Part shown: positions 28,278 through 32,000 of the stretch, one piece after another
Layout of the letters: every line of letters begins with the position of its first letter
Position numbering within the stretch: the first letter of the stretch is position 1
From: Isorropodon fossajaponicum endosymbiont JTNG4
GTDB taxonomy: Bacteria; Pseudomonadota; Gammaproteobacteria; PS1; Pseudothioglobaceae
Direction of reading: 5' to 3'
Assembly (NCBI RefSeq): GCF_016592615.1
Contig: NZ_AP013043.1
Coordinates: 1,380,001 to 1,412,000, forward strand
Length of the DNA stretch: 32,000 bases
Position numbers and translations under genes: made by a program
The notes under the pieces: model-generated
Told to the model about the DNA's origin: nothing
The model's database searches: none
Seen by the model: the letters and a program-made list of their open reading frames with translations, nothing else

Positions 28278-28689
28278 ATGGCTAATTCAACAATGAAAGA
28301 TAACATTGATCAACTGGGTGATATTCTTATTGAAATATTCCACGTTGTGGGATTGTTTGTGGTGGGTGCAACAATTGTTTGGTCATCAGCTGCTCATGAG
28401 TATTTGATTATTATGCAGCATGAGTCGGGTTTTGCATCACTTAAAGATATTTTACTTTTATTTATCTAGAGCTAGGCGCATGACGGATATTTATTTTAAA
28501 ACCCATAAAATGCCTGTGATTTTTTTGATATTTATTGCCATTACTCGTTTCTTGGTCATTGATATGAAATCTTTGATGGTGAATGATAAGTTTAATTTAC
28601 TCATTATGGTTGTCTCAATTTTGATATTGCCTGCTGCAGGGGTATTGAAATTCACCGAGAAAAAATATCAAACTCAAAACGAGTATTAG
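28278..28689 (+). pseudogene. psiE: PsiE-family membrane protein with two frameshifts
   Basis: '...LKDILLLFI' (frame 1, TAG at 28467-28469), 'IYLELGA' (frame 2) and 'MTDIYFKTHKMPVIFLIFIAITRFLVIDMK' (frame 3) together reproduce the PsiE core. The lesions look like a 4-nt loss in a tttatttat repeat and a 1-nt loss in 'gcaatg'. Confidence 0.7.
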
Positions 28690-28695
28690 ACCACA

Positions 28696-29643
28696 ATGAA
28701 TTTAAATACCCGAGGTATTATTAATTATTTGCTGTTGCCAGTCTCAGGTGTTTTTTATTTGGTATCAGTGTTTAGAAAATGGCTTTATCGAGTTAATTTT
28801 TTTCAGGTTCAAAAATTTAAGTATCCTGTGATTGTGGTGGGTAATATTACAGTGGGTGGTACAGGGAAAACACCAATCGTGATTGCATTGGCGCAATATT
28901 TTAAACAACAAGGTAGGCAAGTAGGTATAGTGTCGCGTGGTTATGGTGGTGCGCATCATCAAGGCAGTTTATTGGTAAATAAGGACACCAATGTCCATTT
29001 ATCAGGCGACGAGCCGTTACTGATTGCCTTGCAAACAGAGTTGCCGGTGATGGTCAATAAGAACAGGGCGCAAGCGGTTAAGGATTTAATCAATCAATGT
29101 CAGGTTGATTTAATCATCAGTGATGATGGTTTACAACATTACAAAATGGATAGAGATGTAGAAATTGCTGTGGTTGACGGCACTTGGCGTTTTGGCAATG
29201 GATTTTTTTTGCCAGCAGGTCCGTTAAGAGAGTCAACCACCCGACTTAAAAGTGTTGATTTTGTGATAAATAATGCTAGTTTGTGTGCAGGTGAGTTTAG
29301 CACTGAACTAGCATTAAAAATGTTTGTTAATGTTAAAACAGGTGAGGAAAAACCACTGGATTATTTTAAAGGTAAATATTGTCATGGTGTTGCTGGCATT
29401 GGCCATCCTCAACGTTTTTTTGATGCATTAATTGGATTGAGCATTAATTTAGAGTCCCATATGTTTGCTGACCATTATACTTATCAACAAAGTGATTTAG
29501 CGTTTGAGAACAATCATCCAATTCTTATGACTGCTAAGGATTGTGTAAAATGTAGGCGATTCGCACACAATCAAATGTGGTACTTGCAAGTTGAGGCTAA
29601 TTTGAGCGATGATTTTTTTAAAAAACTAGACGCTAAATTATGA
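28696..29643 (+). CDS. lpxK: Tetraacyldisaccharide 4'-kinase
   Basis: 315 aa with P-loop '[12 protein letters not shown]' and 'SRGYGG'. Confidence 0.9.
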   Translation: MNLNTRGIINYLLLPVSGVFYLVSVFRKWLYRVNFFQVQKFKYPVIVVGNITVGGTGKTPIVIALAQYFKQQGRQVGIVSRGYGGAHHQGSLLVNKDTNVHLSGDEPLLIALQTELPVMVNKNRAQAVKDLINQCQVDLIISDDGLQHYKMDRDVEIAVVDGTWRFGNGFFLPAGPLRESTTRLKSVDFVINNASLCAGEFSTELALKMFVNVKTGEEKPLDYFKGKYCHGVAGIGHPQRFFDALIGLSINLESHMFADHYTYQQSDLAFENNHPILMTAKDCVKCRRFAHNQMWYLQVEANLSDDFFKKLDAKL

Positions 29644-29819
29644 TTGACGACACTTTATTAAAATTATTAGTATGCCCTAAAAGCAAAGCCCCACTTAAAC
29701 AAGTGGGCAATGAGCTTATTTGTGAAGTGAGTGGCTTAGCCTATCCAATTGAGGACGGTATTCCAATTTTGCTAGTTGAAGAGGCGCGTCAATTAGAGCA
29801 AGGTATTGATAAAAAGTAA
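29640..29819 (+). CDS. ycaR: Trm112/YcaR-family small protein (UPF0434)
   Basis: A 59-aa ORF below the ORF-track cutoff: '[52 protein letters not shown]'. An ATGA overlap links it to lpxK, and its stop overlaps the kdsB ATG. The lpxK-ycaR-kdsB order matches E. coli. Confidence 0.75.
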   Translation: MIDDTLLKLLVCPKSKAPLKQVGNELICEVSGLAYPIEDGIPILLVEEARQLEQGIDKK

Positions 29820-30553
29820 TGGATTTTTCCGTTATTATCCCTGCTAGATACGCATCAAGCAGATTGCCAGCCAAACTGCTTAAAGATGTTCATGGCAAGC
29901 CTTTGATTCAATTAACCTATGAAAATGCAATCAATAGTAGTGCAAATCGTGTCATTATTGCAACTGATGATAAGCGCATTGAAGCGGTTGCTAATGATTT
30001 TGGCGCTTTAACCTGTATGACTGATAAACACCACACTTCTGGCACATCAAGAATTGCACAAGTGCTAGCAGAGTTAGGTATTAATGATGATGAAATTATT
30101 GTTAACGCGCAGGGCGATGAGCCAATGCTAAGTCCAAGTGTGATTGATCAAGTGGCTAATAACTTGGCAACCAGTCCTATGCACATGGCAACTTTATATG
30201 AGCAAATTGCTAATAAGGCACAGTATCTTGACCCTAACTGCGTTAAGGTGGTTTTTAATAAAGCCGGCAAGGCTTTATATTTTTCACGTGCTGCCATTCC
30301 TTTTTTTAGAGAAGCAAAGGATTTTGATTTAAAGTTGTGCTTTAAACACGTTGGTATATATGCTTATCGAGCAGGGTTTATCAAACAATACTTAACCATG
30401 AGCAGCTCTTCCTATGAGCAAGTTGAAAAATTAGAACAATTAACGGTACTTAACGAAGGGGTTGATATTCATGTGGCATTGGCTTGCGCTAGTATTGGGC
30501 ATGGTGTTGATACGCAACGTGATTTAGATAAAGTAAGAAAAGAGTTGAGTTGA
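29819..30553 (+). CDS. kdsB: 3-deoxy-manno-octulosonate cytidylyltransferase
   Basis: 244 aa, 'IIPARYASSRLPAK' and 'NAQGDEP'. Confidence 0.95.
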   Translation: MDFSVIIPARYASSRLPAKLLKDVHGKPLIQLTYENAINSSANRVIIATDDKRIEAVANDFGALTCMTDKHHTSGTSRIAQVLAELGINDDEIIVNAQGDEPMLSPSVIDQVANNLATSPMHMATLYEQIANKAQYLDPNCVKVVFNKAGKALYFSRAAIPFFREAKDFDLKLCFKHVGIYAYRAGFIKQYLTMSSSSYEQVEKLEQLTVLNEGVDIHVALACASIGHGVDTQRDLDKVRKELS

Positions 30554-30556
30554 ATT

Positions 30557-31390
30557 ATGAATATTATTGATGGCAAGAAAATTGCACAGAATTTACGAGC
30601 AAGCATTAAATTAAAAGTTGACACACTTGATAGAAAGCCAGGGTTAGCAGTTATTTTAGTTGGCGATGATGGGGCCTCGGCAGTTTATGTTCGTAATAAA
30701 GACAACGCTTGTAAAGAGGTGGGTTTTTATTCAGAAAAAATTAACAACCCCGCCAATACCACTCAAGCGGAATTATTATCTGAAATTGAGCGTTTGAACA
30801 ATAGTGATAAAATTGATGGTATCTTGGTGCAATTACCACTACCTAAACATTTAGATACTAATTTAGTGATTGAAGCTATCTCACCTAAAAAGGATGTAGA
30901 TGGTTTTCATAGTGAAAACATTGGTAAATTGATGCAGAATAAACCTTTTTTACGACCATGCACACCCAAGGGTGTGATGACGATGTTCGAAACCATTGGC
31001 GTGGATTTAGTGGGTAAAAATTGTGTGGTGGTGGGTGCGTCTAATATTGTTGGTCGCCCGATGGCGTGTGAGTTGTTAAATGCTCAAGCAACAGTTACTA
31101 TTTGCAACAGCAAAACTAAAAACCTTTCTAATAAATTAAAACAGGCAGACATTGTTGTCGTTGCAGTTGGTATTGCTAAGATGATTCAAAGCGACTGGAT
31201 TAAACCAGGTGCTATCGTGATTGACGTGGGAATTAATCGATTGGATAATAATCAATTGGTTGGCGATGTTGATTTTGAATCTGTTAGGCAAGTTGCTAGC
31301 TGGATTACTCCAGTACCAGGTGGTGTTGGACCAATGACCATTGCTACCTTATTAGAAAATACATTAACCGCATATGAGGCAAAAATATGA
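30557..31390 (+). CDS. folD: Bifunctional methylenetetrahydrofolate dehydrogenase/cyclohydrolase
   Basis: 277 aa, 'GILVQLPLP', 'GRPMACELL' and '[10 protein letters not shown]'. Confidence 0.95.
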   Translation: MNIIDGKKIAQNLRASIKLKVDTLDRKPGLAVILVGDDGASAVYVRNKDNACKEVGFYSEKINNPANTTQAELLSEIERLNNSDKIDGILVQLPLPKHLDTNLVIEAISPKKDVDGFHSENIGKLMQNKPFLRPCTPKGVMTMFETIGVDLVGKNCVVVGASNIVGRPMACELLNAQATVTICNSKTKNLSNKLKQADIVVVAVGIAKMIQSDWIKPGAIVIDVGINRLDNNQLVGDVDFESVRQVASWITPVPGGVGPMTIATLLENTLTAYEAKI

Positions 31391-31761
31391 AATTATTATT
31401 AAAAGGACTTAGGAATGGCTTAGGCGCTATTATTGCTTTTATTAGTTGGCTGATTCCAGCTGGAAAAATTAAGCGCACTAGTGCGCAACAGAAAAAAGCA
31501 GATGAGCAAACTACTAATATTGAATTATATCAGTTTTTTGGTTGTCCGTTTTGTATCAAAACTCGCCGAATGATTAGACGATTGAATCTAAATATTGTTA
31601 TGCGTAATGCACAAACTATTGGCAGTGAGTTTCGAGATGAAATGCAACGAGAGACTGGCAAAGTTCAAGTGCCTTGCTTAAAGATTACCAAGGGTGATGA
31701 AGTGCAGTGGATGTTTGAATCTAATGACATTAGCACTTATCTAAATAAGCATTTTAGCTAA
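31387..31761 (+). CDS. Membrane-anchored glutaredoxin-like protein
   Basis: 124 aa. An N-terminal TM segment, a 'CPFC' redox motif and 'VPCLKI'. Overlaps the folD stop by 4 nt. Confidence 0.6.
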   Translation: MKLLLKGLRNGLGAIIAFISWLIPAGKIKRTSAQQKKADEQTTNIELYQFFGCPFCIKTRRMIRRLNLNIVMRNAQTIGSEFRDEMQRETGKVQVPCLKITKGDEVQWMFESNDISTYLNKHFS

Positions 31762-31767
31762 TACTTG

Positions 31768-32000
31768 TTAAGGCAAAAAGTCTTTTAACTTTGCAATGCT
31801 ATCTTCTAACTCGGTTTGAGAATTGGCGGTCATGTTAATATGACCAAGTTTTCGGTTTTTACGTTCAGATTTATCATATAAATGTAGGTGCGCATTTGGC
31901 ATTTCAAGAATGGCATCAATATCTCCAAGCTGACCAATAATATTAATCATTGCACAAAATAGATGCGTTGGCGTAGTATCCCCAAGGGGCATGCCAGTAA
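31768..32000 (-). CDS. purK: N5-carboxyaminoimidazole ribonucleotide synthase, C-terminal end (partial at window edge)
   Basis: 'NIIG...HLHLYDKSERKNRKLGHINM' is the typical PurK C-terminus ('H.YGK....GRKMGH'). Confidence 0.8.
   Translation of the reverse strand, partial: TGMPLGDTTPTHLFCAMINIIGQLGDIDAILEMPNAHLHLYDKSERKNRKLGHINMTANSQTELEDSIAKLKDFLP

Noticed and set aside
1-32000. Search for CRISPR arrays, rRNA genes, further tRNAs, riboswitch-like leaders and an attR copy of the tRNA-Leu 3' end.
   Set aside because: I saw no regularly spaced repeats, no rRNA-like sequence, no second cloverleaf and no second copy of ggttcgattccgg. The scan was by eye only, so short or degenerate elements could have been missed.

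Overview
AT-rich gammaproteobacterial chromosome segment. Operon fragments are of enterobacterial or Pseudomonas type: guaA-tadA, fabD-fabG, rplU-rpmA, ppiB-lpxH, gcvT-gcvH, lpxK-ycaR-kdsB and folD. About 28 housekeeping genes look intact. They are interleaved with an unusually large number of decayed loci, at least 16. These are clpS, clpA, a single-chain type IIG-like restriction-modification gene in a lower-GC insert, and a P4-type integrase next to tRNA-Leu(UAA). They also include fabB (catalytic Cys deleted), an MFS transporter, an MBL-fold hydrolase and a rubredoxin ghost hidden in an intergenic region. The rest are a YrfG-like HAD nucleotidase, an MJ0936-type phosphoesterase, a secreted lectin/collagen-like gene, a retropepsin-like fragment, a glycine-rich protein fragment and psiE. 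Two defective copies of one IS3-family element sit in inverted orientation, sharing 505 bp with no mismatch found by eye. They bracket about 9.5 kb that includes essential genes (leuB, cysS). None of the four IS junctions is a simple insertion. I found no CRISPR array, no rRNA and no intact multi-gene defence or novel system; the accessory DNA here is essentially a gene graveyard. The pattern fits a genome caught in reductive evolution, such as a host-restricted or symbiont-like lineage, but that interpretation is inference. All calls come from reading translations and motifs by eye. No database search was run, and comparisons to E. coli or Pseudomonas proteins are from memory.
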